From Pseudonocardiaceae bacterium (lineage in GTDB: Bacteria; Actinomycetota; Actinomycetes; Mycobacteriales; Pseudonocardiaceae): DNA of 64,000 nt. Below the pieces are notes generated by a model, which saw only the letters and a program-made list of their open reading frames with translations, was not told the DNA's origin and did not search any database. Every line of letters starts with the position of its first letter. Within the stretch, counting starts at the first letter, position 1. Positions 28,001 to 34,913 of this stretch are shown here, one piece after another. Location of the stretch: positions 9,186 through 73,185 of the forward strand of contig DASZLR010000141.1 in the NCBI GenBank assembly GCA_035552275.1. Direction: 5' to 3'. The translations under genes were made by a program, and so were the position numbers.

Positions 28001-29107
28001 GTCCGGCTGCTGGAGATCGAGGCGGCCACCCAGGCCAACGCGGTCGCGATCGCCGTCATCGGCGAACTGCTCACCGAGGGCCGGCAGCCCGTCATCGTGC
28101 TGGACCGCGACATCCGGCGCGAGTTCACCCTGCAGCGAGCCGGTCTGGGCGCGCTGGCGATGACCGGCGCTGGTCCGGCCGGTGACGGCGCGGCCGAGGC
28201 CGCGGCCGTCGGGCTGGGCCGGGATTCGGTGGTGCTGCTGATCGGCGGCGCCCGCGGCATCACCGCGCGGTTCGCCCGCACCCTCGCCATCGCCAGCGGC
28301 TGCCGGCTGGAACTGGTCGGCCGCACGGCGCCCGGCGTCGAGCCGGAAGCGCCGGTCACCGTGGCGGCCCGGGACCTGCCGGCGCTGCGCGCCGCGCTGG
28401 CCGGCAGCGGACACCAGGGCGGCCCGGCCGCGATCGACCGTGCCGCGAAGGAGATCCTGGCCCGGCGTGAGGTCGCCGAGACACTGGCCGAACTGCGCCG
28501 ACACGGCAGCGAGGCGAACTACCGGGCCGTCGACGTCCGCGACACCCAGGCCATCGGCCAACTCGTCAAACAGGTGCACACCGAGCACGGCCGCATCGAC
28601 GGTGTCGTCTACGCCGCCGGGGTGATCGAGGACAAACTGTTGGCGGAGAAGGACGACGAGTCCTTCGGTCGGGTCTTCGGCACCAAAGTGGATGGTGCGT
28701 CGGCGGTGCTGGCCGAACTGGCCGGGCTGCCCGGCCGGCCCGCGTTCGTGGTGCTGTTCGGCAGTGTCGCGGCGGCGCTGGGCAACCGGGGCCAGACCGA
28801 CTACGCCGCCGCCAACGACGCGCTGGAAACACTGGGCGCGCGGTGGGCGGACCACACCGGCGGCCGGGCGCTGACCGTCCACTGGGGACCCTGGGCGCCC
28901 GCCGACCACCACGGCGGCATGGTGAGCACTGAGCTGGCCCGCGCCTACCACGGCCGGGGCATCGAGCTGATCGACCCGGCTGAGGGCGTCGCCAGCCTGC
29001 TGCGCGAACTGGCCTGGGGCAACGACGAACTGCGCGCGGTCGTGCTCAACGCCGCACTCGCCTGGACCGAAGCGACCGCGGTGGCACCGGAGACGGGAGG
29101 ACGATGA
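22064..29107 (+). CDS. Iterative type I PKS / secondary-lipid synthase-like megasynthase: ER(NMO-like)-ER(NMO/PfaD-like)-KS-AT-ACP-KR
   Basis: 2347 aa.
- **ER region:** two nitronate-monooxygenase/PfaD-type TIM-barrel repeats. Residues about 1-300 contain GSEAGGRVG; residues about 310-640 contain QGPMTRVSD and EGAECGGHVG.
- **KS:** from nt about 24110, with Cys877 in DAACGSS (nt 24692), EAHGTGT and GHTKCAAG.
- **AT:** GHSYGE with Ser1337 (nt 26072), and a CAFH motif.
- **ACP:** LSVDSIKRTEI with Ser1762 (nt 27347), which is PUFA-synthase style.
- **KR:** LLIGGARGITARF, at nt about 28240. Confidence 0.9.
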   Translation: MSARPQGADLVIGITPLGEPSARLCAAVDGAGGIGVLDLGAGDRRAREELALALRWSAGPIAVRVARGCALRHADLRELLGADADRIDTVVLGWHAPWQVRELPGRVLVEVTSRAEAVRAVRAGAHGLIARGSEAGGRVGELSSFVLAQHLLTDPELRETPVWLAGGIGPHTAAAAVIGGAAGVVLDTQLALLAESDLRPEVAAALAASDGSDTAIVHGHRVLATQGGPRGNAAADLASVPMTDVEMADLIGGRDLATRLLPVGQDAFLATRFAEEFGTAARAVRSLRRSITDALAADEHPVLAPGSALARALGTDLPVAQGPMTRVSDLAGFAAAVAEQGALPFVALALATGEQTRKLLAETRATLGARPWGVGVLGFASEDIRKAQLEVIRELRPSVALIAGGNPAQAAALESVGISTFIHVASPNLLRQFLDAGARKFVFEGAECGGHVGPRSSFALWECQLGVLAEHLDDGRPADGLQVLFAGGIHDERSAAMVAAAAEPLSRRGASIGVLMGTGYLFTEEAVAHGAVQPLFQRQVLAADGTALLETAPGHATRCLPSPFVDTFQSISAELAEQGVPKRDAWEKLEQLNVGRLRIASKGIRREGAELIEVGEDDQLAEGMFMAGQVVALRSQVTTVAKLHEDVTSGAERFRAERITALRAELGLTRPQDEDRAEQPAPVDVAIIGMACVYPGAPDLASFWANIIGKVDSITEVPADRWDTDIYYSAEGAKGGNKAAGERSRSKWGGFLDQIPFDALRYGVPPSTLTAIEPVQLLALEIAHRALVDSGYADRDDFDRERVGVVFGAEAGSDLLNTGTMRMMLPSYLGSLPKELDEQLPKVTEDTFAGQLSNVISGRIANRLDFGGASYSVDAACGSSLAALDSACKDLVSGHADMVMCGGADLHNAANDFLLFSSVGALSPTGKCRTFDSAADGIALGEGVACVVLKRLADAERDGDRIYGVIEGVGSGSDGRSLGLTAPRPEGQRRALERAYQRAGISPAEVGLIEAHGTGTVVGDRTELSTLEAVFGEADVPAGSCVVGSVKSQIGHTKCAAGMAGLIKAAMAVHTGVKPPTLHVDRPNPAWQADTSPFAFHSDPAPWLVPPAQRIAGVSAFGFGGTNFHAVLRGHRSAELTRHGLAQWPVELFTFRGVDQASAVREVEWLRDLTAVNDAHGRPWTLRDLARSTALRADRGRAAVRIALVATDLDNLAELLSAAPTSTGDPARGLFVAGESAEPGKLAVLFPGQGSQKPGMLAELFVAFPEIRRHARSTADRAEITAAMFPPAVFDADARRAAEDRLRDTAIAQPALGIAGLAVHHLLGRLGVTPDLVAGHSYGELVALAAAGAIDPDTLLDLSAARAKSILDSVDSAGGDPGAMAAVAAGPAEVARILAEAGLADEVVPANQNSPRQTVIAGPTDRLDIALDALRAAGLAGKKLPVACAFHSPVVGGAGERFAAVLAEQEIAAPEIPVWANRTAAVYRAEPAAVRAELAAQIGAPVRFVDQIEAMHADGARIFLEAGPGRVLGGLVDAILGDRPHTTVSCDGGLRGFLTAVARLAVAGVDLRTGWLTTGRDATDVSRATPSRRPGWTVDGQTVRTADGNYLPGGLAPARRVEVTMPGSSVPAGQSSGQSGPAPSEREALIAEYLRASREMVAAQRDVMLSFLGAAPNPAAPAPLPAARPEPLPTQVAPSTPDTQATRPTPPTPAPTAPEPARTPTPDPEPVDAMSMVVGLIAERTGYPAEMIEPDLDLEADLSVDSIKRTEIAGELASRLGLDGADERFDDLVRMRTTQAMADWIDTLAGGAPAESAAPAEPPGESTVVVEPVPAPAGVAGGPDLTGEPPQRFVWRLAEADGTPGDPAVFTGSRIVLAGGEPTVVEALSSLLRAHGARVTAISAASGRAEIAGPVDGLVFLDALCAADEPVLPAAFGLFRAALRHQPRWLLAVAPSTDGRPESSSAGLRGLFRSMALEYPDSMVRLLEIEAATQANAVAIAVIGELLTEGRQPVIVLDRDIRREFTLQRAGLGALAMTGAGPAGDGAAEAAAVGLGRDSVVLLIGGARGITARFARTLAIASGCRLELVGRTAPGVEPEAPVTVAARDLPALRAALAGSGHQGGPAAIDRAAKEILARREVAETLAELRRHGSEANYRAVDVRDTQAIGQLVKQVHTEHGRIDGVVYAAGVIEDKLLAEKDDESFGRVFGTKVDGASAVLAELAGLPGRPAFVVLFGSVAAALGNRGQTDYAAANDALETLGARWADHTGGRALTVHWGPWAPADHHGGMVSTELARAYHGRGIELIDPAEGVASLLRELAWGNDELRAVVLNAALAWTEATAVAPETGGR

Positions 29108-31986
29108 CCGACATGACTGACCTGTCCCCGCCGTCGGTGCGCGGGGTGGTCGAGCCGGACCGGATGCTGCACCTGTCCGCCCCCGACCGGGCGGGCCTGG
29201 CCGCGCTGCTGGCCGCCCCCGACGAGGAACTGCTCGCCGGATCCCGGTCAGCCGGATCAGACCCGGACGGATCAGCTGGCTGCCGGCTGGGCATCGTCGC
29301 GCCCAACGCCAAACGCCTTGGCCTGGCAAGGAAACTGGTCGCCAGCGGCAAGCCGTGGCGCGGCCGCAACGACATCTGGTTCAGCCCCCGGCCACTGCTG
29401 CGCGAGCCGGGCGCCGGGATCGCGTTCCTGTTTCCCGGCCTGGAAGGCGAGTTCGCGCCGCGGTGCGACGATGTGGCGCGCTGGCTGGACGCGCCCGCGC
29501 CGGCGGCCAACCTGGAGACCGTCGGCCAGCACGCGGAGGGCGTGATCGCGGTCAGCCGCATGCTGGACGAGGCGTTGCGGCGACTGAACATCCGCCCCGC
29601 CGCACTCGCCGGGCACAGCATCGGCGAGTGGACCGCCATGATGGGCGGCGGGATGATGGGCCACACCAGCACGGCCGAGTTCTTCGCCCGAATCGACCTG
29701 GACTCGATGCTGGTGCGCGGTTTCGACTTCGGCGTGCTCGGCTGCCCTGCCGACCGGGTCGCCGACGCGCTGACCCAGCGGCCGGACCTGGTGCTGTCAC
29801 ACGAGAACTCCACCAACCAGACGGTGGTCTGCGGGCCGGTGGACACCGTCGCCGGGTTGGTCGCGGAGTTCCGCGCGCGCGGGGTGATCTGCCAGGTGCT
29901 GCCGTTCCAGTCCGGGTTCCACACCCCGATGCTGCGCCGCAACCTGGACCACTTCGTCACCGAGATCGCCGGCCTGCCGATGGGCCGGGCGGAGATTCCG
30001 GTCTGGTCGGCGACCACCGCCGCGCCGTTCCCCACCGATTCCCAGGACATCCGCGAGCTGTACGTCCGGCACCTGCTGGAGCCGGTGCGTTGGCGTGGCC
30101 TGATGCTGGCCATGCACGAGGCCGGCATCAGGGTGTTCGTGCAGGTCGGGCCCGGCCAGCTCGGCTCACTGGTGGACGACACGCTGCGCGAGCACGAGCA
30201 CCTGACGATCGCCGCCAACTCGGCGCACCGGACCGGCCTGGACCAACTGCGCCGGCTGGCCACCGCCGTCTGGGTGGAGGGCGGCCGGCCGGACTTCGCC
30301 GTGCTGGATTCCGAGTTCGCGCCCCGGCCGGTCGAGGTCGCGAAACCGGCTCCGGCTCCCGTCGCGGAACCGACCCCCGAGCCGATCCAGGCGATCGTGA
30401 ATCCCGATCTGCCGGCGAGCGCGCTGGCGGTGGCCCAACTGGATGGCCTGAGCGAACGGTTCCCGCTCGCCGCCGAGCTGTCCGCGCTGATGCGGGAAAC
30501 GGCCGATGCGGTGAGCGCCGTGCTGCGCGCCAGCGCCGAGAATCCGGAAACCCCGGCCGCGCCCCGGCCAACCCCGCGTCCGGTCGCCGCGCAACCGGAG
30601 CCGGCCGGCCAGGACAGCGTGCTGCACGTGTCCACCACCGCTATGCCCTACCTGGTGGACCACTGCTTCGCCAGGCAGCGGCCGGGCTGGCCGGACGAGA
30701 CGGACCGGCGGCCGGTGGTGCCGGCCACCACGATGATCCAGCACATGATGGACGCGGCCGAACGGGGAGGCCGACGGACGATCGGCCTGGACGATGTGCG
30801 CCTGCACCGGTGGCTGGTGGCCTCGCCGCCGCAGGACGTGGTGGTGCGGGTCGTTCCGCTGGACGCCGACCGGGTGCGGGTCACCCTGGGCGAGCACGCC
30901 GAGGCCGTGGTGCTGCTCGGCCGCGACTACCCGGCGCCGACCGAGGGCGTCTGGCCGAAGTGGCCGGACGAGGGGCCGACCGCGCTGACCGCGCACGACA
31001 TGTACGAGCAGCGGTGGATGTTCCACGGCCCCCAGTTCCAGGCGATCACCCGATCGGTCGCGATCGCCCCGCTCGGCGTCCGCTGCGAGCTGACCGTGCT
31101 GGACGCACCGGGCGCCCTGCTCGACGGCGTGGGCCAGGTGCTCGGCCAGTGGCTGGCGGAACTGCAGCCACACCGGCCGGCCGCGTTCCCGGCTCGGATC
31201 AACCGGATCCGCTTCCACGGACCGCAGCCGCCGACCGGCGCCACCACCGACTGTGCCCTGCGGATCACCGAGGTCCGGCACGAGCTGATCGAAGCCGACA
31301 TGCAGGTGTCGTTGGCCGGCCGGCCGATCGTCTCGGTCAGCGGCTGGCAGGACGTTCGGCTGGACAGCGACCAGCCCGACAGCGCGGTCAACCGGTTCCC
31401 CGAGCTGAGCACGTTGGCGGCGCGGCAGCGCGGCGGCTGGTGGCTGCTCGCGGATCGCCTGCTGGGCCTGGCATCCCGGGAGTTCTACCTGTTCAAGTAC
31501 CTCGCCGCCGAGGAGCGCGCCGAGTACTTCGCCTGCCCGCCGCGGGAACGTCGGCGGTGGCTGATGCGCCGGTTCGTGGTCAAGGACGCCGTGCGCGGCT
31601 GGTTGTGGGACGACGGCGCGGGTCCGCTGTTCCCCGCCGAGATCGCCGTCCGCGAGGACGACGCCGGCCAGTTCGCGGTGTCCGGCCGGTATGGGCTGCT
31701 GCTGCCGCCGCTGTCGGTCGCGGTGGCCGACTGCCAGGAGACGGCGGTCGCCATGGTGCGCCCGGACTCCCCGAGCGATGTGCCCAACCGGATCCACATC
31801 GCCGAGGTGGTGCCCGGGGTGGACGTCAACCGGGCGGCCGTCGCGGCGTTCGATCTCGGGACGACACACCGGCGGAGGGTTCGCGCCGAGTTGGTGAACA
31901 ATCCGGAGGGCCTACCATCTCGGCAATACGTCGTCGCCTGGACAATAGGCGCGACTCAGGAAAAGCAGGAGGAAGGCACACGATGA
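29104..31986 (+). CDS. AT-like / dehydratase / PPTase-like tridomain protein
   Basis: ATGA overlap with the upstream PKS gene.
- **AT-like:** GIAFLFPGLEGEF and LAGHSIGEW, with Ser172 (nt 29617).
- **DH:** PYLVDHCF, with His520 (nt 30661).
- **C-terminal tail (about 180 aa):** LAAEERAEYFACPPRERRRWLMRRFVVKDAVRGWL resembles the N-terminal motif region of Sfp-type PPTases, as fused in enediyne-type PKSE. Canonical GxDxE and WxxKExxK motifs are not clearly visible. Confidence 0.75.
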   Translation: MTDMTDLSPPSVRGVVEPDRMLHLSAPDRAGLAALLAAPDEELLAGSRSAGSDPDGSAGCRLGIVAPNAKRLGLARKLVASGKPWRGRNDIWFSPRPLLREPGAGIAFLFPGLEGEFAPRCDDVARWLDAPAPAANLETVGQHAEGVIAVSRMLDEALRRLNIRPAALAGHSIGEWTAMMGGGMMGHTSTAEFFARIDLDSMLVRGFDFGVLGCPADRVADALTQRPDLVLSHENSTNQTVVCGPVDTVAGLVAEFRARGVICQVLPFQSGFHTPMLRRNLDHFVTEIAGLPMGRAEIPVWSATTAAPFPTDSQDIRELYVRHLLEPVRWRGLMLAMHEAGIRVFVQVGPGQLGSLVDDTLREHEHLTIAANSAHRTGLDQLRRLATAVWVEGGRPDFAVLDSEFAPRPVEVAKPAPAPVAEPTPEPIQAIVNPDLPASALAVAQLDGLSERFPLAAELSALMRETADAVSAVLRASAENPETPAAPRPTPRPVAAQPEPAGQDSVLHVSTTAMPYLVDHCFARQRPGWPDETDRRPVVPATTMIQHMMDAAERGGRRTIGLDDVRLHRWLVASPPQDVVVRVVPLDADRVRVTLGEHAEAVVLLGRDYPAPTEGVWPKWPDEGPTALTAHDMYEQRWMFHGPQFQAITRSVAIAPLGVRCELTVLDAPGALLDGVGQVLGQWLAELQPHRPAAFPARINRIRFHGPQPPTGATTDCALRITEVRHELIEADMQVSLAGRPIVSVSGWQDVRLDSDQPDSAVNRFPELSTLAARQRGGWWLLADRLLGLASREFYLFKYLAAEERAEYFACPPRERRRWLMRRFVVKDAVRGWLWDDGAGPLFPAEIAVREDDAGQFAVSGRYGLLLPPLSVAVADCQETAVAMVRPDSPSDVPNRIHIAEVVPGVDVNRAAVAAFDLGTTHRRRVRAELVNNPEGLPSRQYVVAWTIGATQEKQEEGTR

Positions 31987-32288
31987 CGGTCCCACAGGCG
32001 TCCTCGGAAACAGCGGTGCTCGGGGAGATCCGCACCATTCTCGCCGAAGTGCTGGATCTGTCCGATGTGGATGACATCGAGATCACCGCGGAGATGTCGC
32101 TGATCGACGATCTCGGACTGGAGAGCATCGACCTGGTGAGCATCGGCTCCATGTTGACCGAACGCTACGGCGAGCAGGTCAATCTGGCCTCGTTCCTCGC
32201 CGACCAGGAGATGGACGATGTCATCAAGCTGACCGTTGGCGGATTGGTCGACTTCGTGGCGAGTCGGCTCTCGAACGACCAGGCCTAG
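31983..32288 (+). CDS. Discrete acyl carrier protein
   Basis: 101 aa. ATGA overlap with the upstream gene. Phosphopantetheine site DDLGLESIDLVS. Acidic helical protein. Confidence 0.85.
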   Translation: MTVPQASSETAVLGEIRTILAEVLDLSDVDDIEITAEMSLIDDLGLESIDLVSIGSMLTERYGEQVNLASFLADQEMDDVIKLTVGGLVDFVASRLSNDQA

Positions 32289-32304
32289 GAGCCTCGACGT
32301 GGCA

Positions 32305-33129
32305 ATGATGTCGGTGAACGGCCTGCGCACCCACTACCAGTGGATGCGGGCGAAGAACCCGCGTCCGGGCGGGGCGCCCACGGTAGTGTGCGTGCACGGC
32401 ATCGGCTATGACAGCCTGGCCAGCTTCTATCTGACGCTGGCGTCCCCGCTGTCCGAGGCCGGTTACGACGTGCTCACCTACGATCTGCGCGGGCACGGCC
32501 GCACCGAGCGGCCGGCTACCGGCTACCGGCTGGGCGACTTCGTGGACGATTTCGAGGTGCTGCTCAAGCAGTTGCAGGTCGACGGGCCGATTCACCTGCT
32601 GGGCAACAGCTTCGGCGGCACGCTGGCGTTCAGCTACGCGGTCCGCAACCCCGGCCGGGTGGCCAGCATCGTCGGGATCGAATCCGAGCCGGCGACCGAG
32701 GTGTGGTCGGACAAGATGAGTCGGACCATGGCCAATGTGGTCGAGCTGATGGGCGATGAGGGGTTCCTCGGGTGGGTCACCGAGATCTGGGGCAAGCACC
32801 ACGCCCGGTTGAACAAGGCGGCCGCCGAGGGCGTCGGACAGACGTCGATCGTGGCGGAGCTGGCCGAGGGACCGCTGCTGTCCCAGGCGGAGCTGGACCA
32901 GATCACCTGCCCGGTGCTGTCCATTGTGGGCGATGAGGGGTACCAGCAGGACGATCTGGGCGCGGTCGCCGCGCTGCTGCCGGACTGCCGCACCGAGGTC
33001 ATCGAGGGCCAGGACCATTCGGTGCTGGTCGAGCGGCACCAGACCGTCCGCAAGCTGCTGCTGAGCTGGCTCGACGAGCACGAGGCCGGCAGCGTCGCCG
33101 ACGAACTGCTGGAGGACGGCGCGGCGTGA
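32305..33129 (+). CDS. Alpha/beta hydrolase (possible thioesterase/acyltransferase for product release)
   Basis: VVCVHGIGYDS oxyanion region, nucleophile elbow GNSFGG, and C-terminal GQDHSV (His). An alternative GTG start lies at 32299. Confidence 0.8.
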   Translation: MMSVNGLRTHYQWMRAKNPRPGGAPTVVCVHGIGYDSLASFYLTLASPLSEAGYDVLTYDLRGHGRTERPATGYRLGDFVDDFEVLLKQLQVDGPIHLLGNSFGGTLAFSYAVRNPGRVASIVGIESEPATEVWSDKMSRTMANVVELMGDEGFLGWVTEIWGKHHARLNKAAAEGVGQTSIVAELAEGPLLSQAELDQITCPVLSIVGDEGYQQDDLGAVAALLPDCRTEVIEGQDHSVLVERHQTVRKLLLSWLDEHEAGSVADELLEDGAA

Positions 33130-34262
33130 GACGGTTCCTGTTCGTCGTTCCGCCGCTGGTGGGCCACATCAACCCCGCCGCCAGCGTCGCCGATGAACTG
33201 CGTTCCCGGGGGCACCAGATCGCCTGGGCCGGAGACGAGGGGATCCTGCGGCCGCTGCTGGGAGGTGCGGCGGCCGGTGACACGATCTACTCCTGTGGGC
33301 TGACCGCGCCGGCCGAGCGGCCGGCGCAGCTGCGCGGGTTCGCCGCGCTGAAGTACTTGTGGGAGGACATCTTCACCCCGCTGGCCGAGGCGATGGAGCC
33401 CGGTGTGCGGGCGGCGGTGGCCGAGTTCCGGCCCGACCTGCTGGTGGTGGACCAGCAGGCACTGGCCGGCGCGCTGGTCGCGGAGCGGCTCGGCCTGCCC
33501 TGGGTGACTTCGGCCAGCACCTCGGGCGAGTTCATCGACCCGCTGGAGGGCATGCCGAAGGTGCAGCAGTGGCGACAGGACCAGATGCGCGGACTGCGGG
33601 AGCGGTTCGGTGATCCGGACGCGAAGAGCGATCTCAGGTTCTCGCCGTATCTGGTGTTGGCGTTCACGACTGAGGCGATGGTCGGCGAAACCAGCGGGTT
33701 CGACTTCCCGGTGTCCTTCGTCGGCCCGGTCCGCCGGCCGTCGGCCGGCGGACCGTCGGACCCGTCGTTGGTGTTCGTCAGCCTGGGCACCATGAACACC
33801 GACTCCGGTGCGCGGTTCCTCCGCGAATGTGTGGCGGCGTTGCGGGATCGGCCGAACCTGCGGGCCATTGTCGTGGACCCGGGCGGCGCCATCACCGACG
33901 CTCCGCCGCCACATGTGGTGATGGAGCGGCATGTCGACCAGCTCGCCGTGCTGGCCCGCGCCAGCGCCGTTGTGTGCCATGGTGGCCACAACACCGTCTG
34001 CGAGGCGCTGGCCCGTGGGCTCCCGCTGGTCATCGCGCCGATCCGAGACGACCAGCCGGTGATCGCCGAGCAGGTGAAACAGGCCGGCGCCGGGCTGCGG
34101 CTGCGGTTCGACCGGATCCGCGCGGACAAGATCGGCCAGGCCATCGACACCGTGCTGACCGATCCGGCCTACCGGGTGGCGGCGGGCCAAGTCCAGGAGT
34201 CGTTCCGGTTGGCCGGCGGTGCGCCCGCCGCCGCCGACGAGCTGTCCGCCGTCGCCGGGTAA
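33126..34262 (+). CDS. GT1-family (MGT/UDP-glycosyltransferase) glycosyltransferase
   Basis: The GTG start overlaps the upstream TGA. N-terminal FVVPPLVGHINP. C-terminal nucleotide-sugar motif VVCHGGHNTVCEALARGLPLVIAPIRDDQ. Confidence 0.85.
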   Translation: MRRFLFVVPPLVGHINPAASVADELRSRGHQIAWAGDEGILRPLLGGAAAGDTIYSCGLTAPAERPAQLRGFAALKYLWEDIFTPLAEAMEPGVRAAVAEFRPDLLVVDQQALAGALVAERLGLPWVTSASTSGEFIDPLEGMPKVQQWRQDQMRGLRERFGDPDAKSDLRFSPYLVLAFTTEAMVGETSGFDFPVSFVGPVRRPSAGGPSDPSLVFVSLGTMNTDSGARFLRECVAALRDRPNLRAIVVDPGGAITDAPPPHVVMERHVDQLAVLARASAVVCHGGHNTVCEALARGLPLVIAPIRDDQPVIAEQVKQAGAGLRLRFDRIRADKIGQAIDTVLTDPAYRVAAGQVQESFRLAGGAPAAADELSAVAG

Positions 34263-34286
34263 CAGGTTCGAAGCGGCCGGACAGCC

Positions 34287-34336
34287 GACGATGCCGGCGG
34301 CGGGACACCGGACCGTGCCCCGCCGCCGGCATCGTC
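34287..34336 (+). terminator. Hairpin terminator ending the PKS-GT operon
   Basis: Perfect 18-bp stem gacgatgccggcggcggg (34287-34304) / cccgccgccggcatcgtc (34319-34336), 25 nt after the GT stop. Confidence 0.75.
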
Positions 34337-34697
34337 AGGTACGGCGTGACAATACCTCAGAAAAGCCATCCGATAACGTGGCCGAGAGCGTCAAGAATAG
34401 CATGACCAGCACCCAAGATCATCTGTGATCCTTTCATAGTGCGATTTCTCAGCGGTTAGCTTAACCGTTGGGCGGCAACCTCGACATGGTTGTCGGAGTT
34501 ACTGTATTGCCGGGCTCGTGGAGGAGTCAAGGAAGCGTCGACCACAGATCGAAATTTACCTATCGAGCACATTTATCGGTGGTCTAATTGTCACTCTGAT
34601 GACTAGTTCCATAGCTTGCGTCAGCGCGGATGATCAAGGTCGGGGTCGCACGACGGTGGCTCAGCGAACTCCAAGAAACCATGTATAACCAGGGTTT

Positions 34698-34715
34698 TTG
34701 TCATCTGGTTGACAA
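34698..34715. promoter_or_regulatory. Palindrome TTGTCA-N6-TGACAA in the low-GC leader upstream of the reductase/desaturase operon
   Basis: ttgtcatctggttgacaa, seen directly. It lies in a roughly 580-nt unusually AT-rich intergenic region and is a candidate operator. Confidence 0.35.
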
Positions 34716-34805
34716 GTCAAGCACTCGAGAAAGTGGGTGTTCGCGACGGATTGACCATAGGCTCCAGGTGACACCTTGACATGGTCCCCGAGCTATCCGT
34801 ACGGT

Positions 34806-34829
34806 ATCTCCGACAGATGTGTCGGAGAT
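34806..34829. promoter_or_regulatory. Perfect 10-bp inverted repeat in the same leader
   Basis: atctccgaca gatg tgtcggagat, about 85 nt upstream of the reductase start. It could be an operator or an RNA hairpin. Confidence 0.35.
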
Positions 34830-34913
34830 ATGAAAGGAATATCCGGCCGTGTTACCAAGGTATACGCTGGTGGCGCGGTTAATTGGATATTTCCTGATTT
34901 CCTGATCTGGAGA

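Noticed and set aside
22064-31986. Enediyne (PKSE) biosynthetic cluster
   Set aside because: The KS-AT-ACP-KR/DH/PPTase-like order is reminiscent of PKSE. However, the window lacks the conserved enediyne cassette partners (the hot-dog thioesterase and the unknown-function E3/E4/E5-type genes). The synthase also carries ER domains, which are incompatible with a conjugated polyene product. The cluster is kept only as distantly PKSE-like.
29355-32288. A 977-aa plus-strand ORF spanning most of the AT-DH gene and ending as the ACP
   Set aside because: Only the last 101 codons (from ATG 31983) give a sensible acyl-carrier-protein sequence. The upstream part is an out-of-frame read-through of the AT-DH gene (29104-31986), and its translation is Arg/Pro/Gly junk.
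34219-34428. Small ORFs in the low-GC intergenic region 34262-34913 as possible peptide or RiPP precursor genes
   Set aside because: There is no RBS, no high-GC3 codon usage and no recognisable leader/core pattern. The first ORF largely overlaps the GT gene terminator hairpin.
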